Origin: Alphaproteobacteria bacterium | GTDB lineage: Bacteria > Pseudomonadota > Alphaproteobacteria > CBDBCS01 | Reading direction: 5' to 3' | Length of the DNA: 64,000 bases | Assembly: GCA_965203415.1 (NCBI GenBank) | Contig: CBDBCS010000006.1 | Location: 702,500-766,499 of the forward strand | Made by a program: the position numbers and the translations under genes | In this document: positions 18,787 through 29,905 of the stretch, piece by piece | Position numbering within the stretch: the first letter of the stretch is position 1 | How the letters are laid out: the number at the start of each line of letters is the position of its first letter | Notes under the pieces: model-generated | Seen by the model: the letters and a program-made list of their open reading frames with translations, nothing else | The model's database searches: none | Told to the model about the DNA's origin: nothing

Positions 18787-20127
18787 TTAACTCAGGCGAC
18801 TCCGTAAGTGGTATTTTTTAATCAGAGACTCGTATTGCTGGGCAAAAAGATGACTCTGGAACTGCGTCACCGTGTCCATCGTCACCGTGACCACAATCAA
18901 AAGAGACGTCCCGCCGAAATAAAAGGGGACCCCGTAACGCGCAATGAGCCACTCGGGCAGGAGGCAAATCACCGTGAGATAACAGGCCCCAACCACCGTG
19001 AGACGCGTCAGAACATAATCCAGATAATCGCCAGTCTGCTTCCCGGGGCGAATCCCTTGGACGACGCCGCCGTTTTTGCGTAAATTCTCCGCCGTGTCCT
19101 GCGGATTGAAAACAATCGCCGTATAAAAAAAGGCGAAAAAAACGATCAGAAACGCATAGAATAATAAAAACAAGGGTTGGCCTCGACCCAGCAAGGACAC
19201 GATCGCGACAAGCCAGCTCGGCCCCGACGCACTCGAGGCATTGAAACTCACAACCGTTAAGGGCAACAAGAGCAACGAGCTGGCAAAAATCGGCGGAATC
19301 ACCCCCGCCGTGTTGAGTTTCAAAGGTAGATGTGTGCTGTCGCCTCCGAACATGCGGCTCCCGCGCTGACGACGCGGATACTGCACCGTGATGCGCCGGA
19401 TGGCTCGTTCAAAGAACACGACAATGGCAATGACCACGATGGACAAAAACAGGAATAAAAGAATCAGAACCGTCGGGAGAGCTCCCGTCCTGCCCAGCTC
19501 GAATAAAGAGCCAATCGCCCCGGGAAGATTCGCCACAATGCCCGAAAAAATAATGAGCGAAATGCCATTGCCTAACCCACGCTGTGTGATTTGCTCGCCC
19601 AGCCACATGAGAAAAATGGTCCCTCCAACGAGCGTGATGACCGTGGAGGCCCGAAAAAACCAGCCCGGGTCGGTGACGACGCCCTCCGAGGCCTCCAACC
19701 CCACCGCAATCCCATAGGATTGCACCACAGCCAGTAAAACCGTCAGATAACGCGTGTACTGATTGAGTTGAAGACGCCCCGATTCGCCGCCCTCTTTTTT
19801 GAGCTTCTCTAACGAGGGAACAGCCGCCGTCATCAATTGCATGATGATCGAAGCCGAAATATACGGGAGGATGTTCAGGGCGAAGACCGTCATGCGCCCC
19901 AGAGCTCCCCCCGAAAAGGCGTCAAAAACGCCGAAAATGCCGTTTTGCTGCGACGCAAAAATAGACTGAAGCGCCCCCGGGTCTATCCCAGGAACCGGAA
20001 TATACGTCCCTAAACGGTAAACAATCAGAGCCCCTAAGGTGAACCAGATACGCCGCTTGAGGTCCGAGGCCTTCGCAAAAGCCGAAAAAGAAAAAGAGCG
20101 CGCAAACTGCTCTACTGACGAAACCAC
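18787..20127 (-). CDS. secY: Preprotein translocase SecY
   Basis: YRLGTYIPVPGID, PYISASII, GLGNGISLIIF, PLKLNTAGVIPPIFASS and GIRPG motifs. Confidence 0.99.
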   Translation of the reverse strand: MVSSVEQFARSFSFSAFAKASDLKRRIWFTLGALIVYRLGTYIPVPGIDPGALQSIFASQQNGIFGVFDAFSGGALGRMTVFALNILPYISASIIMQLMTAAVPSLEKLKKEGGESGRLQLNQYTRYLTVLLAVVQSYGIAVGLEASEGVVTDPGWFFRASTVITLVGGTIFLMWLGEQITQRGLGNGISLIIFSGIVANLPGAIGSLFELGRTGALPTVLILLFLFLSIVVIAIVVFFERAIRRITVQYPRRQRGSRMFGGDSTHLPLKLNTAGVIPPIFASSLLLLPLTVVSFNASSASGPSWLVAIVSLLGRGQPLFLLFYAFLIVFFAFFYTAIVFNPQDTAENLRKNGGVVQGIRPGKQTGDYLDYVLTRLTVVGACYLTVICLLPEWLIARYGVPFYFGGTSLLIVVTVTMDTVTQFQSHLFAQQYESLIKKYHLRSRLS

Positions 20128-20182
20128 CCCCGCGTCTCTCCGTTCGTTTTCAGGACTGTTTTAGCCTGGGTTCAACCTGGGT

Positions 20183-20695
20183 TCAGCCCGGGTTGGAAGC
20201 CGAAGCCTCGCTTCCGGACGTCTCGCTTTCCAGCACGATCGAACCGTTTCGAGCCTCAATCAAAGCCCGAGCCTTGGCCGAACAACCCGCTAGACGAAAG
20301 CGGAGTCTCACCCCCGCCCCGCCGCCGTCGTAAGACCCTTGCGACACAAGACGCACCCCGTCTCGAACGGTCTTGATGAGACCAATCTCACAAAGCAGCT
20401 GGGCGTCTATGACCTTTTCCGGCGAAAGCTTCCCGGCCTCTAGAGCCCGACCAATCTGGCCGAGCGAAATCAGTCGATAACGCTTGGCCGTGCTGTTCCG
20501 GAAGCCTCGCTTGGGGACACGCCGGTAAATCGGCATCTGACCGCCTTCAAAACCTTTGAGACGCACGCCAGACCTCGATTTTTGGCCTTTGACGCCTCGG
20601 CCGCCTGTTTTGCCACGCCCGGAACCGATGCCTCGCCCAATCCGCCTGGGCGGCCGAGACGACCCCGGGGCCGGTGAAAGTTCATTCAGGCGCAT
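20183..20695 (-). CDS. rplO: 50S ribosomal protein L15
   Basis: [31 protein letters not shown]. Confidence 0.98.
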   Translation of the reverse strand: MRLNELSPAPGSSRPPRRIGRGIGSGRGKTGGRGVKGQKSRSGVRLKGFEGGQMPIYRRVPKRGFRNSTAKRYRLISLGQIGRALEAGKLSPEKVIDAQLLCEIGLIKTVRDGVRLVSQGSYDGGGAGVRLRFRLAGCSAKARALIEARNGSIVLESETSGSEASASNPG

Positions 20696-20710
20696 CTTTC
20701 AGGCTCTCTG

Positions 20711-21442
20711 CTAGGCTCCCGCCGCTTCTTCGGACCGAGGAGTCGGCACGGCAGATGCCTCCACCGGCCGGTCAAGCTTCTGGTCCGAAGGACGAGAGGC
20801 GGGTCTCGCCCCGGCCTTGCCACCGCTCCCGCCGCTGCCGTCTCTTGGAGCATTTGCATCGCCCCCCGGCATATCCGGCATCCCCGAAGGCGACACAGGA
20901 GACACAGGAGACCGGCGAACTTTTTGACGACGCATCGCCACGTCATTGGTTCGCAGACCTCGGCGAGCCGCCACTTGTTTCGGCGATTCGCAACGCTTAA
21001 GTCCGTCAAAAGCGGCTCGAATCATGTTGTAAGGATTGGTCGAGCCAATAGACTTCACGACCACATCCGTAATGCCGAGGGCCTCAAAGACCGAGCGCAC
21101 GGGGCCGCCGGCGATAATGCCCGACCCCGGTGGCGCCGCTCGCATCACCAGGCGTCCAACCCCAAATTTGCCGATAATATCGTGGTGGAGCGTCCGTCCG
21201 CCGCGCAAATTGACCCGTATGAGACTGCGCTTCGCGCCGGCAGAGGCCTTGCGAATCGCCTCGGGGACTTCTTTGGCCCGGCCGTGGCCGAACCCGACCC
21301 GTCCTCGGGCGTCGCCGACCACCACCAGAGCCGCAAAACCAAACCGCCGACCGCCCTTCACCACTTTGGCGACTCGGTTGATCGCCACCAGTCTTTCTAC
21401 GAATTCCGTCTTATCTTGGCGCTCTTCGCGTTCGGGTAACAT
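20711..21442 (-). CDS. rpsE: 30S ribosomal protein S5 with low-complexity C-terminal extension
   Basis: [22 protein letters not shown] and GSTNPYN motifs; 243 aa. Confidence 0.98.
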   Translation of the reverse strand: MLPEREERQDKTEFVERLVAINRVAKVVKGGRRFGFAALVVVGDARGRVGFGHGRAKEVPEAIRKASAGAKRSLIRVNLRGGRTLHHDIIGKFGVGRLVMRAAPPGSGIIAGGPVRSVFEALGITDVVVKSIGSTNPYNMIRAAFDGLKRCESPKQVAARRGLRTNDVAMRRQKVRRSPVSPVSPSGMPDMPGGDANAPRDGSGGSGGKAGARPASRPSDQKLDRPVEASAVPTPRSEEAAGA

Positions 21443-21508
21443 TTCGTCTATTCTGCCCTTTCAGCTGACACACTTAACACGCATTTAACACACTCGGGGG
21501 GGGGGGTG

Positions 21509-21880
21509 CTAAAATTTCAAACCCGCTTCGCGAGCGGCCTCGGCCAGAGCCCGAACGGTCCCGTGATACTTGTAGGGCCCTCGGTCATACACCACTTTCT
21601 CCACGCCCATAGCGACGGCTCGGTCGCCTAGGAGCCGGCCCACACGCCGCGCCGCCGCCACCGTGCCGCCGTGCACGGGGAACTCGGCCCGGAGGTCTTT
21701 CTCCAGCGTGCTGGCGGAAAGCAAGGTCCGCCCCGCCGCATCATCGATAAGCTGGGCGTAAATGCGACGGTTCGAGCGAAAAACACTCAGACGCAACCGA
21801 TCCGGGGCCCGATGAGCCTGGATTTGATAGCGATACCGGCGAGCCCGCCGCACGCGTAATGCCAGCGTAGACGCAGCCAT
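21509..21880 (-). CDS. rplR: 50S ribosomal protein L18
   Basis: [18 protein letters not shown] and DRGPYKYHG motifs. Confidence 0.97.
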   Translation of the reverse strand: MAASTLALRVRRARRYRYQIQAHRAPDRLRLSVFRSNRRIYAQLIDDAAGRTLLSASTLEKDLRAEFPVHGGTVAAARRVGRLLGDRAVAMGVEKVVYDRGPYKYHGTVRALAEAAREAGLKF

Positions 21881-22449
21881 TATTTCTTCTTGCCCTCTTT
21901 GCGGTAGACCACTTCTTCCGCGTAGCGGACGCCTTTGCCTTTATACGGCTCGGGCGGGCGATAGCTTCGAATCTCACTGGCCATTTGCCCGACCCGCTGC
22001 TTATCCGGCCCCGATACAATAAGCACAGAGCGGTCTTCTCCGTCAAGAGAAATCTTCAGGTCCGACGGAATGTCCAGCACAATCTCGTGCGAAAAACCGA
22101 GGGCCAAGACCAGTTTCTCGCCTTCTACGCGCGCTCGATACCCGACGCCTTGGATCCGGAGTCGACGATGGAAGGACTCGGCCACCCCTCGAACGGCATT
22201 CTGGATATTGGCCCGCGTCGTCCCCCACAGCCGCCGACTGGCAAGGGCGAGAATCTCGCGTCCCCGGCGTTTCCCGGGCACAGCTTTTACGTAAATTTTA
22301 TCGCCGTCCTCGCAGGAGACCCGGACATGCCGCGTATCCCAGTCGACTCTTTGGGTCCCGAAGGGGCCTGTCACGACGAGATGGGCGGCCTCCAGGTTTA
22401 ACGCCACGGCCTCTGGGACGCGGACACAATTTTTTCCTACGCGGGACAT
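21880..22449 (-). CDS. rplF: 50S ribosomal protein L6
   Basis: MSRVGK, GVGYRA, LGFSH and [11 protein letters not shown] motifs. Confidence 0.98.
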   Translation of the reverse strand: MSRVGKNCVRVPEAVALNLEAAHLVVTGPFGTQRVDWDTRHVRVSCEDGDKIYVKAVPGKRRGREILALASRRLWGTTRANIQNAVRGVAESFHRRLRIQGVGYRARVEGEKLVLALGFSHEIVLDIPSDLKISLDGEDRSVLIVSGPDKQRVGQMASEIRSYRPPEPYKGKGVRYAEEVVYRKEGKKK

Positions 22450-22467
22450 AAGGCTCGAAAGGACTTT

Positions 22468-22863
22468 CTAAAAAACCCGACACAAAATCTCGCCGCCCAG
22501 ACGCCGCTTACGACTCTGATAGTCCGACATGATGCCCTGAGACGTGGACAGAATATACGTGCCCAAACCGTTATAGACCCACCCGATCTCTCGGACGCCT
22601 CGATAGACCCGGCGTCCGGGACGCGAGACGCGCTCTATCTGCCGTATCGCCGGGAGTCCCTCGTGATAGCGCAAAGTGACCACAAACTGATCGATGCCTT
22701 CGCGAATTCGAATCTGTTTCCAAGATTCAATATAGCCCTCTCGGCGGAGAACGTCCAGCACACCCGCCTGTAAACGCGACGCAGGGACGTGGACCTCCGC
22801 CTTGCCGGCTCGAAACCCATTGCGAATGCGCGAAAGTAAATCGCCTAGAGGATCGCTCAGCAT
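22468..22863 (-). CDS. rpsH: 30S ribosomal protein S8
   Basis: DPLGDLLSRIRN, SRPGRRVY and GGEILC motifs. Confidence 0.98.
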   Translation of the reverse strand: MLSDPLGDLLSRIRNGFRAGKAEVHVPASRLQAGVLDVLRREGYIESWKQIRIREGIDQFVVTLRYHEGLPAIRQIERVSRPGRRVYRGVREIGWVYNGLGTYILSTSQGIMSDYQSRKRRLGGEILCRVF

Positions 22864-22867
22864 GTTC

Positions 22868-23173
22868 TTACCAGCTTGCCTTGGTCACGCCGGGGACCTG
22901 GCCGCTGCTGGCCAACTCGCGGAACGCAATCCGAGACAATTTGAATTTACGATAAAACCCCCGCGGCCGGCCCGTCTCGTGGCACCGGTTGCGATACCGA
23001 GTCCGAGACCCCGACCGAGGCAATTCCGCAAGCCGCCGCACCGCCCGAAGCCGCTCGCGCAGGGGCAAGGTACGATCCATTGTCTTTTTTTTCAACCGCG
23101 CTCGACGCGGCTGGTTGCGCACAATGCGCCGCCCGACTTCCAGATTGCGTTCTACAGAACTCTTTTTGGCCAT
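22868..23173 (-). CDS. rpsN: 30S ribosomal protein S14 (long, Zn-free type)
   Basis: MAKKS, RNRC..TGRPRG and PGVTKASW motifs; 101 aa. Confidence 0.98.
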   Translation of the reverse strand: MAKKSSVERNLEVGRRIVRNQPRRARLKKKTMDRTLPLRERLRAVRRLAELPRSGSRTRYRNRCHETGRPRGFYRKFKLSRIAFRELASSGQVPGVTKASW

Positions 23174-23186
23174 ATTTTATGCCACC

Positions 23187-23756
23187 TCAGTTTTTGGTAA
23201 ACGGAAAATTAAGGCCAGACAAAAGAGCCCGGGCCTCTTCATCGCTTTTGGCTGTCGTACAAATGACGACTTGGAAGCCGCGTATCGTATCGATTTTGTC
23301 ATAATTAATTTCTGGAAAGACGATCTGCTCGCGCAGGCCGAGGGCATAATTGCCTCGCCCATCGAAAGCCTTTGGGGAGAGCCCTCGAAAGTCTCGCACC
23401 CGGGGCAGCGCCACCGTGACGAGGCGGTCTAGAAACTCGTACATCCGCGCCCGCCTCAGGGTCACTTTGCAACCGATGGCCATGCCCTGCCGGAGCTTGA
23501 AAGCCGCCACAGACTTACGAGCCCGCGTCACCACCGGCTGCTGACCCGCAATGGCCGCCATATCGCGCACCGCATAGTCTATGTGCTTGCGGTCGGCGGT
23601 CGCCGAGCCAACGCCCATATTCAAAACAACGCAAACTAACCGAGGAATCTGCATGGGATTCGCATAGGCAAACTGTTTCTGCAAAACCGGCCGCACCTCT
23701 TTTTTATAGAGCTCCGAAAACCGGGGTTGATATAGTTCTTCTGCTTGAGATGACAT
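23187..23756 (-). CDS. rplE: 50S ribosomal protein L5
   Basis: [31 protein letters not shown] and FDGRGNY motifs; ATG at 23756. Confidence 0.98.
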   Translation of the reverse strand: MSSQAEELYQPRFSELYKKEVRPVLQKQFAYANPMQIPRLVCVVLNMGVGSATADRKHIDYAVRDMAAIAGQQPVVTRARKSVAAFKLRQGMAIGCKVTLRRARMYEFLDRLVTVALPRVRDFRGLSPKAFDGRGNYALGLREQIVFPEINYDKIDTIRGFQVVICTTAKSDEEARALLSGLNFPFTKN

Positions 23757-23772
23757 GGTCTTTTTCCGAGTC

Positions 23773-24099
23773 TCAGTTCCCCGGTATGGCGGCCCCAGAG
23801 CGTTTCGCATAGCGCTCTTTTTTGCCATTCTCCCCCATCCGGAACCCAATGCGAGTCGGCTTATCCCCCTCAACGGGGTCCACCAGAGCTAAATTAGAAA
23901 GATGAATCGAAGCTTCTTTTCGAAGCTTGCCGCCTTCGGGTCTGTCCTGAGTCGGGCGCATGTGGCGCGTCACCATGTGAATGCCCGTGACAATAGCTCT
24001 GTTCTTGGCCGGCATCACGCGCTGGACCTCGCCCGATTGGCCCTTGTCACGGCCCGCCAGGACAAAAACTTTGTCGCCTTTTTTGACTTTTGCGGCCAT
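23773..24099 (-). CDS. rplX: 50S ribosomal protein L24
   Basis: [16 protein letters not shown] (KOW) and EASIHLSN motifs. Confidence 0.98.
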   Translation of the reverse strand: MAAKVKKGDKVFVLAGRDKGQSGEVQRVMPAKNRAIVTGIHMVTRHMRPTQDRPEGGKLRKEASIHLSNLALVDPVEGDKPTRIGFRMGENGKKERYAKRSGAAIPGN

Positions 24100-24103
24100 G
24101 GAT

Positions 24104-24472
24104 CTAGAGAACCTCCGGAGCTAAAGAGACGATTTTCATATACCGTTTCTGGCGTAATTCGCGAATAACGGGCCCGAAAACGCGTGTGCCAATCGGCTCT
24201 CCCTGTTTGTTTATCAGAACGGCCGCGTTTTTGTCAAAACGAAGCGCCGACCCATCCCGACGCCGGATGGGATGCGCCGTCCGAACAATGACGGCTCGAT
24301 GGACATCGCCTTTTTTGACGCGGCCTCGGGGGATAGCCTCCTGGATGGCGACGACGATGACATCGCCCGCCCACGCAAAACGACGCTTCGAGCCCCCCAG
24401 CACTTTCACGCACCGAGCCAGCTTCGCACCCGAATTGTCCGCTATCAGTAAATTGGACTGCATCTGTATCAT
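24104..24472 (-). CDS. rplN: 50S ribosomal protein L14
   Basis: [27 protein letters not shown] and SLAPEVL motifs. Confidence 0.99.
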   Translation of the reverse strand: MIQMQSNLLIADNSGAKLARCVKVLGGSKRRFAWAGDVIVVAIQEAIPRGRVKKGDVHRAVIVRTAHPIRRRDGSALRFDKNAAVLINKQGEPIGTRVFGPVIRELRQKRYMKIVSLAPEVL

Positions 24473-24741
24473 AAACGCTTTTCGCTGCTCCCCTCAGAGA
24501 CGGCGGCTCTAGCCTCTTGGAGGACCGTCCAGTGTTTCATTTTGCTCAGAGGAGGCGTCTCCTGGATGGTAACCCGCTCGCCGAGTCGGCAGCGATTCTC
24601 GGCGTCGTGGGCGTGAAACTTCCGAAAACGTCGCACCGTTTTTTTGTAAACCGGGTGCGCAAAACGACGTTCGACGCGCACCACGACCGTCTTATCGCCT
24701 TTGTTCGACACAACGTGTCCTGTTAAAACGCGCCTGGGCAT
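24469..24741 (-). CDS. rpsQ: 30S ribosomal protein S17
   Basis: [22 protein letters not shown] and PLSK.K.W motifs. Confidence 0.98.
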   Translation of the reverse strand: MPRRVLTGHVVSNKGDKTVVVRVERRFAHPVYKKTVRRFRKFHAHDAENRCRLGERVTIQETPPLSKMKHWTVLQEARAAVSEGSSEKRL

Positions 24742-24751
24742 GAGTTTTCTC

Positions 24752-25066
24752 TTAAGTCCTCTCTTCTTTCTGGCGAGCCAGTTTCTGGCGGGCCAGCATC
24801 ACAAGGCGCGTCTTGACGCGCGCAAAATCACGCCGAAGATGGCGCAGGCGGGCCGAATTTTCCAACTCCCCGGCGGCTTTTTGGAAGCGTAGGTCCAGAC
24901 TCTCCTGACGCAGGACAAGCCTGTGCGCACGCAGAGCTGCCGCATCCATCGCCTGGATCTCGGTTTTCTGAGTCTTCTTCCCTTTTTTAGAGCTCTGCCC
25001 GGCCGACGTACCGGCTTTTTTAACGGGACTCTTGCCGAAGCCTCTTTTGGGTAGGAATCGCACCAC
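24752..25066 (-). CDS. rpmC: 50S ribosomal protein L29 with Lys-rich N-terminal extension
   Basis: [28 protein letters not shown]; lies between rplP and rpsQ; start codon uncertain. Confidence 0.92.
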   Translation of the reverse strand: MVRFLPKRGFGKSPVKKAGTSAGQSSKKGKKTQKTEIQAMDAAALRAHRLVLRQESLDLRFQKAAGELENSARLRHLRRDFARVKTRLVMLARQKLARQKEERT

Positions 25067-25096
25067 AGCTGTTTTCTCTAGGCTCTACCGGATTCT

Positions 25097-25501
25097 CTAT
25101 CGAGACACGAATTTTGTTTTGATGGGCAGTTTTGCCCCCGCCAGCGTCAGAGCCTCCCGCGCGTTATCGAGCGTAACGCCGTCCATCTCGAACATCACGC
25201 GTCCAGGGCGGACTCGCACACACCAATACTCGACGGAGCCCTTGCCTTTGCCCATACGGACCTCGGCGGGCTTGTCGGTCACGGCAAGGTCGGGAAAAAT
25301 ACGTATCCAAATCTTCCCCTGGCGCCGGATGGAGCGCACAATCGCCCGACGAGCCGCCTCGATCTGGCGGGCCGTAATCCGCGCCGGGGCCATGGCTTTG
25401 AGACCATAAGACCCAAAATCAAGCTGGTTGCCCGACTGAGCCACACCATGAATGCGGCCCTTGTGGTGCTTGCGGTATTTATTCTTTTTCGGAGAAAGCA
25501 T
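25097..25501 (-). CDS. rplP: 50S ribosomal protein L16
   Basis: [21 protein letters not shown] and [12 protein letters not shown] motifs. Confidence 0.99.
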   Translation of the reverse strand: MLSPKKNKYRKHHKGRIHGVAQSGNQLDFGSYGLKAMAPARITARQIEAARRAIVRSIRRQGKIWIRIFPDLAVTDKPAEVRMGKGKGSVEYWCVRVRPGRVMFEMDGVTLDNAREALTLAGAKLPIKTKFVSR

Positions 25502-25589
25502 TCAATCTAACCTGTAAGCCAAGCTGCAACATCCGGCCTGAAAAAATCAAAAAAACGAAAGAAAAGTGTCCTCGAAGACGGGGCCGCCG

Positions 25590-26279
25590 TCAAGAGGCAG
25601 CCGCCGACGACGACGTAGACAAACTCTCAGGACGTCCCTTTTGGGCGTCCGCCTCAGGAGGCGTTTCCTTATGGATCCAAACCTTCACGCCGATCACCCC
25701 AAAAGTCGTCTGAGCCCTCGCCGACCCATAATCGATCGAGGCCCGAAGCGTGTGAAGCGGCACACGGCCTTCTCTATACCACTCCATGCGGGCGATTTCG
25801 GCCCCGCCGAGACGCCCTCGGCAATTGATTCGAATGCCCTGAGCCCCCATCTTCAGCGTGTTCTGAACGACGCGTTTCATCGCGCGCCTGTAAGAAACCC
25901 GACGCACAAGTTGCTGAGCAACATTCTCGGCCACCAGAACGGCGTCCAATTCGGGTTTTCGAATCTCCACCACATTGAGCGCGACCTCGCGCCCGGTTCG
26001 TTTAGCGACGTCCTCGCGCAATTTGCCGATATCGGCGCCTTTCTTACCGACGACGATCCCAGGCCGGCCGGCGTGAATCGTCACCGACTGACGGTCGGCA
26101 AGGCGTTCTATCACGATCTTCGAGACGGCCGCGTTCTTCAATCGGCCAAGCAGAAAACGCCGCAAATCCAAATCCGATTGGAGCAATTCTCCATATTTCT
26201 CGCCGCGGGCATACCAACGCGAATCCCACGTGCGTATGCCGCCAAGCCTCAAACCGATCGGATTAACTTTTTGTCCCAC
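25590..26279 (-). CDS. rpsC: 30S ribosomal protein S3
   Basis: GTG start at [12 protein letters not shown]; [20 protein letters not shown] and [10 protein letters not shown] motifs. Confidence 0.98.
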   Translation of the reverse strand: MGQKVNPIGLRLGGIRTWDSRWYARGEKYGELLQSDLDLRRFLLGRLKNAAVSKIVIERLADRQSVTIHAGRPGIVVGKKGADIGKLREDVAKRTGREVALNVVEIRKPELDAVLVAENVAQQLVRRVSYRRAMKRVVQNTLKMGAQGIRINCRGRLGGAEIARMEWYREGRVPLHTLRASIDYGSARAQTTFGVIGVKVWIHKETPPEADAQKGRPESLSTSSSAAAS

Positions 26280-26313
26280 GACGTAATCTCTGCGTAATTT
26301 CTGTGAAGGCCGC

Positions 26314-26706
26314 CTAGTCGCGTGAAGCCGGCGAGGAAGAACGCTGTTCCACGACAATGGTCAAATGGCTGAAGGGCTTGATAATCCGAGCCCCACGCCC
26401 GCGGGCTCGAGGGCGAAATCTGCGCATCACCAAGCCCTTGCCCACATAAGACTCGGCCACGCGCAATCTATCAATATCCAACCCATGGTTGTTCTCTGCA
26501 TTGGCAACCGCCGAAAGGAGCGTCTTCCGGACAGCCCCGGCAATGCGCCGATGCGAAAAAGTCAGCCGATTGAGGGCCTCGGGCACCGCAACGCCGCGGA
26601 TGAGAACCGCCACCTCATTGAGCTTACAGGGCGAAACTCGGAGGTTCCGCGCCACAGCCCGAGCCTGCTCGGAAGGTAATCGTTTGGTCATAACATAATT
26701 TATCAA
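26314..26706 (-). CDS. rplV: 50S ribosomal protein L22
   Basis: [22 protein letters not shown] and RPRARGR..SHLTIVV motifs; start may be 26691. Confidence 0.98.
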   Translation of the reverse strand: MINYVMTKRLPSEQARAVARNLRVSPCKLNEVAVLIRGVAVPEALNRLTFSHRRIAGAVRKTLLSAVANAENNHGLDIDRLRVAESYVGKGLVMRRFRPRARGRGARIIKPFSHLTIVVEQRSSSPASRD

Positions 26707-26724
26707 GAATGTCAGCCGACAAGT

Positions 26725-27003
26725 TCAGCTCCGTTTGGCTTTTTTGTCACCAGAGTGGCCGTTAAACGTGCGAGTCGGTGAAAACTCGCCCAATTTGTGG
26801 CCCACCATTTCCTCGGTCACAAGAACCGGAATGAATTTGCGGCCGTTATGGACGCCAAAGGTCACCCCGACAAAGCCAGGCACGATCGTCGAACGCCTCG
26901 ACCAGGTTTTGATGACATCTCGCCGACCCGAGGCACGCAAATCCGCAACCTTCTTGAGTAAATAATGGTCCACAAAAGGACCCTTCCAAACAGAACGCGG
27001 CAT
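26725..27003 (-). CDS. rpsS: 30S ribosomal protein S19
   Basis: [17 protein letters not shown] and [11 protein letters not shown] motifs. Confidence 0.99.
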   Translation of the reverse strand: MPRSVWKGPFVDHYLLKKVADLRASGRRDVIKTWSRRSTIVPGFVGVTFGVHNGRKFIPVLVTEEMVGHKLGEFSPTRTFNGHSGDKKAKRS

Positions 27004-27038
27004 GGTTTCTTTTCTCTGGCTCTTCTCTGGCTATAGCC

Positions 27039-27878
27039 CTACTTCTTGTACCGCCGCCGAATAATGTACTTATCCGACGCTTGAGGCCGGCGCGTCCGCT
27101 TCCCTTTCGTGGAAACACCCCAAGGCGTCACAGGATGGCGCCCGCCCGAGGTCCGTCCCTCGCCGCCGCCGTGGGGATGGTCGACAGGGTTCATCGCCAC
27201 GCCCCGAACCTCCGGCCGCTTGCCGCGCCAGCGTTTCCGACCCGCCTTCCCAAGTTTCTCGTTCTTCCTGTCGGGATTGGAGACCTCGCCGATGGTGGCA
27301 TAGCATTTTTCTGGGACGACCCGCAGCTCGCCGCTTCGAAGTTTCAGCTGGGCGTATCCCCCGTCCCGGCCCGCCAGTTGAATATACGTTCCTGCGGCTC
27401 GAGCTAATTGCCCGCCTTTGCCCGGCTTCATCTCTACATTGTGCACAAGTGTCCCAAGGGGAATGCTCGACAAAGGCAAGGCGTTCCCAGGACGAATAGA
27501 CGCATTTTGACCCGCCATCACTTTGTCTCCGGGCGCAAGACGCTGAGGGGCCAAAATATAGGAAGGCCTCGCCTCTTCCCCCGAGCCGTACGAAAGAAGA
27601 GCCAGATAAGCCGACCGGCACGGGTCATATTCCAGACGAACCACCGTGGCTTCCTCGTCGTGGTTGGCCCGACGAAAATCTACCGTCCGATAGAGACGTT
27701 TGTGGCCGCCTCCGATGCGACGCGCCGTAATCCGGCCCGTATTGTTTCGCCCTCCCTTGCGGGGGAGACCCCTCACCAAGGATTTCTCGGGAGCCCCTTT
27801 ATGGAGGCCCGCTCGACTCTGGAGGACCAGACCGCGCCGACCCGGCGTCGTGGGAGCATAGCTTTTCAAGCGCGCCAT
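27039..27878 (-). CDS. rplB: 50S ribosomal protein L2
   Basis: [13 protein letters not shown] and [17 protein letters not shown] motifs. Confidence 0.99.
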   Translation of the reverse strand: MARLKSYAPTTPGRRGLVLQSRAGLHKGAPEKSLVRGLPRKGGRNNTGRITARRIGGGHKRLYRTVDFRRANHDEEATVVRLEYDPCRSAYLALLSYGSGEEARPSYILAPQRLAPGDKVMAGQNASIRPGNALPLSSIPLGTLVHNVEMKPGKGGQLARAAGTYIQLAGRDGGYAQLKLRSGELRVVPEKCYATIGEVSNPDRKNEKLGKAGRKRWRGKRPEVRGVAMNPVDHPHGGGEGRTSGGRHPVTPWGVSTKGKRTRRPQASDKYIIRRRYKK

Positions 27879-28048
27879 GGCTGTTCTATTGCCCTGTTTT
27901 CTCTAAAATCCGTTGTCACAACAACATCGGCGGCTCCACCGTCCACCTTGCCGTCCAGCTTGCCTGTGGCGCGCAGGCCGCGCGCCAGGTGTCCGAGGGA
28001 TGTGTACAAAAGTCTGCTCATTTTGTCTAGGCCTGCTTGTCTGCTTGT

Positions 28049-28381
28049 CTAGGTCTGCGGATCGATACGTTGACCTGGAGCCAGGCGCACGATTGCTTTT
28101 TTGCGGCGGCACCGCTGCCCGCTGACGCCTCTGAAGCGTTTCCGCTTGCCCGACAGATTGATGATATTGACGTCCAGAACTGTTTTCCCGAAAAGGACCT
28201 CGACGCCCTGGCGGATGTCGAATTTCGTGGCGTATGGGGCGGCCTCGAAGACGAACGTATCGTGCTCGGCCAGGCGCGTGGTTTTTTCCGTCACAATAGG
28301 CGAGCGGAAAAGCTCATAGTAAAAAAGCTTGGACCGGCGCTGCTCGGCGTGCTGTCTTTTTTTATAGTGGCGCCAACTCAT
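28049..28381 (-). CDS. rplW: 50S ribosomal protein L23
   Basis: PIVTEK, ATKFDIRQ.VE.LF and KKAIVRL motifs. Confidence 0.96.
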   Translation of the reverse strand: MSWRHYKKRQHAEQRRSKLFYYELFRSPIVTEKTTRLAEHDTFVFEAAPYATKFDIRQGVEVLFGKTVLDVNIINLSGKRKRFRGVSGQRCRRKKAIVRLAPGQRIDPQT

Positions 28382-29040
28382 GTCAGGCGTCCCTCCAGTT
28401 CGGACAGAGCCGTCTTCTCAAGCAGCAGCGTCTTGTGGCGCAGAATATCGTGAACATTGGCCCCCTGGACCGGTAAAATGGAAACGAAAGACAGATTGCG
28501 ACTCGCCAGCAATAAATTCCTGTCGCCAGAGCCCCCCACAAGAAACAGACCATCCTTCACCCCAAGGCGGACAAGTTCCGCCTGGAGTTGAACCGTGCGC
28601 GGAGCCGCCAAACACGCCGAGTTCAATATCACCAAATCACCGTCAGAATGCTTCACAGACAGAGCGATTCGCAAACCCTGCCGACGCACCTTCTTGGGGA
28701 GTTGATGCGCATGCGAACGCGAAACGGGCCCGAAAGCTCGACCGCCGCCTCGGAATTGTGACACTCTAGACGAGCCATGCCGCGCCCCGCCCGAACCCTT
28801 CTGGCGTTTAATCTTGCGGGTGCTGCCCGCAACAGCAGACCGATTTTGAACCTGATGCGTGCCAGCTTGACGGCGCGCAAGCTGCCAGCGCACCACCCGA
28901 TGGAGAATGTCCTCGCGCAGAGGAACGGCAAAAATAGACGCATCGAGCTCGGCCTCCTCTTCAGGCGGCGCGACACCCTTCTCGCTGGCCCCAGCATCAT
29001 CCCCGGGGGCACGTCCAAATTCGACGACCTTGTATTTCAT
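28378..29040 (-). CDS. rplD: 50S ribosomal protein L4
   Basis: RRQAGTH, RQKGSGGARHG, RGGG.AFGP and LPKKVRR motifs; ATG at 29040 (GTG at 29046 possible). Confidence 0.97.
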   Translation of the reverse strand: MKYKVVEFGRAPGDDAGASEKGVAPPEEEAELDASIFAVPLREDILHRVVRWQLARRQAGTHQVQNRSAVAGSTRKIKRQKGSGGARHGSSRVSQFRGGGRAFGPVSRSHAHQLPKKVRRQGLRIALSVKHSDGDLVILNSACLAAPRTVQLQAELVRLGVKDGLFLVGGSGDRNLLLASRNLSFVSILPVQGANVHDILRHKTLLLEKTALSELEGRLT

Positions 29041-29182
29041 ACTCACACTTCACGCGTACTTCACGCACCCGGGCACCCGGGCACTCGGCACATTTACAAA
29101 AAATCAAACTTTTGCGCTTTGAGAACAGAACCCACCAGAGGCCTTCAAGACGTCGCCAGCTCCAAGACCGGGGGAACTCTAT

Positions 29183-29890
29183 TTAGACGCCGGCGGGCGC
29201 AACGGCCGGGGCCGAAGCCGCGACAGCCGCCGCAGGGGCCGCCGCCGCCAGTTGAGGCGGCTTTTTGACCGCATCGCGCACCCGAACCCACCCGCCTTTG
29301 GGGCCTGGCACGCTCCCGCGGACGTAGAGAACCTCGTTCTGGGTGTCCACGCGTACGACGTGCAGATTTTGCGAGGTAACGCGTTTGTCTCCCATGTGGC
29401 CCGCCATTTTTTTGTTCTTGAAAACCCGTCCCGGCTCCTGGCAGTGCCCCGTGGACCCAGACGAACGGTGCGAGACAGACACGCCGTGACTCGCATGGAG
29501 TCCGCCAAAATGATGCCGCTTCATCACACCCGCAAAACCCTTGCCGATAGACCGCGCCGTGGCATCTATAAATTGCCCCTCTTGAAAGTGAGCGACCGAC
29601 AAAGACACCCCTATCTCGAGGAGATTTTGAGGACTCACGCGAAATTCTGTCCGCTTCGCCTGGGGCTCCAGCGAGACTTTACTGTACTGGCCGCGGACCG
29701 GCTTCCCGAGGCGATGCGCCTTGCAAGCCCCCGTACTCAAGACGACGGCGTGATAGCCATCCGGCGTCGCAGAGCGTTGCCCGCACACGCGGGTCGTCTC
29801 CAGTTGAAGAACGGTCACAGGACGACGCGTCCCGTCCTGATAAATCTGAGACATGCCCAGCTTTTTGAAAAGAAGTCCTGTCCTTAGCAC
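29183..29890 (-). CDS. rplC: 50S ribosomal protein L3
   Basis: [29 protein letters not shown] and KKMAGHMG motifs. Confidence 0.98.
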   Translation of the reverse strand: MLRTGLLFKKLGMSQIYQDGTRRPVTVLQLETTRVCGQRSATPDGYHAVVLSTGACKAHRLGKPVRGQYSKVSLEPQAKRTEFRVSPQNLLEIGVSLSVAHFQEGQFIDATARSIGKGFAGVMKRHHFGGLHASHGVSVSHRSSGSTGHCQEPGRVFKNKKMAGHMGDKRVTSQNLHVVRVDTQNEVLYVRGSVPGPKGGWVRVRDAVKKPPQLAAAAPAAAVAASAPAVAPAGV

Positions 29891-29905
29891 AGTGGCATGC
29901 CTCCT

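Noticed and set aside
20686-21009. Alternative-frame ORF as the missing L30
   Set aside because: The translation has no L30 features and overlaps the conserved part of rpsE
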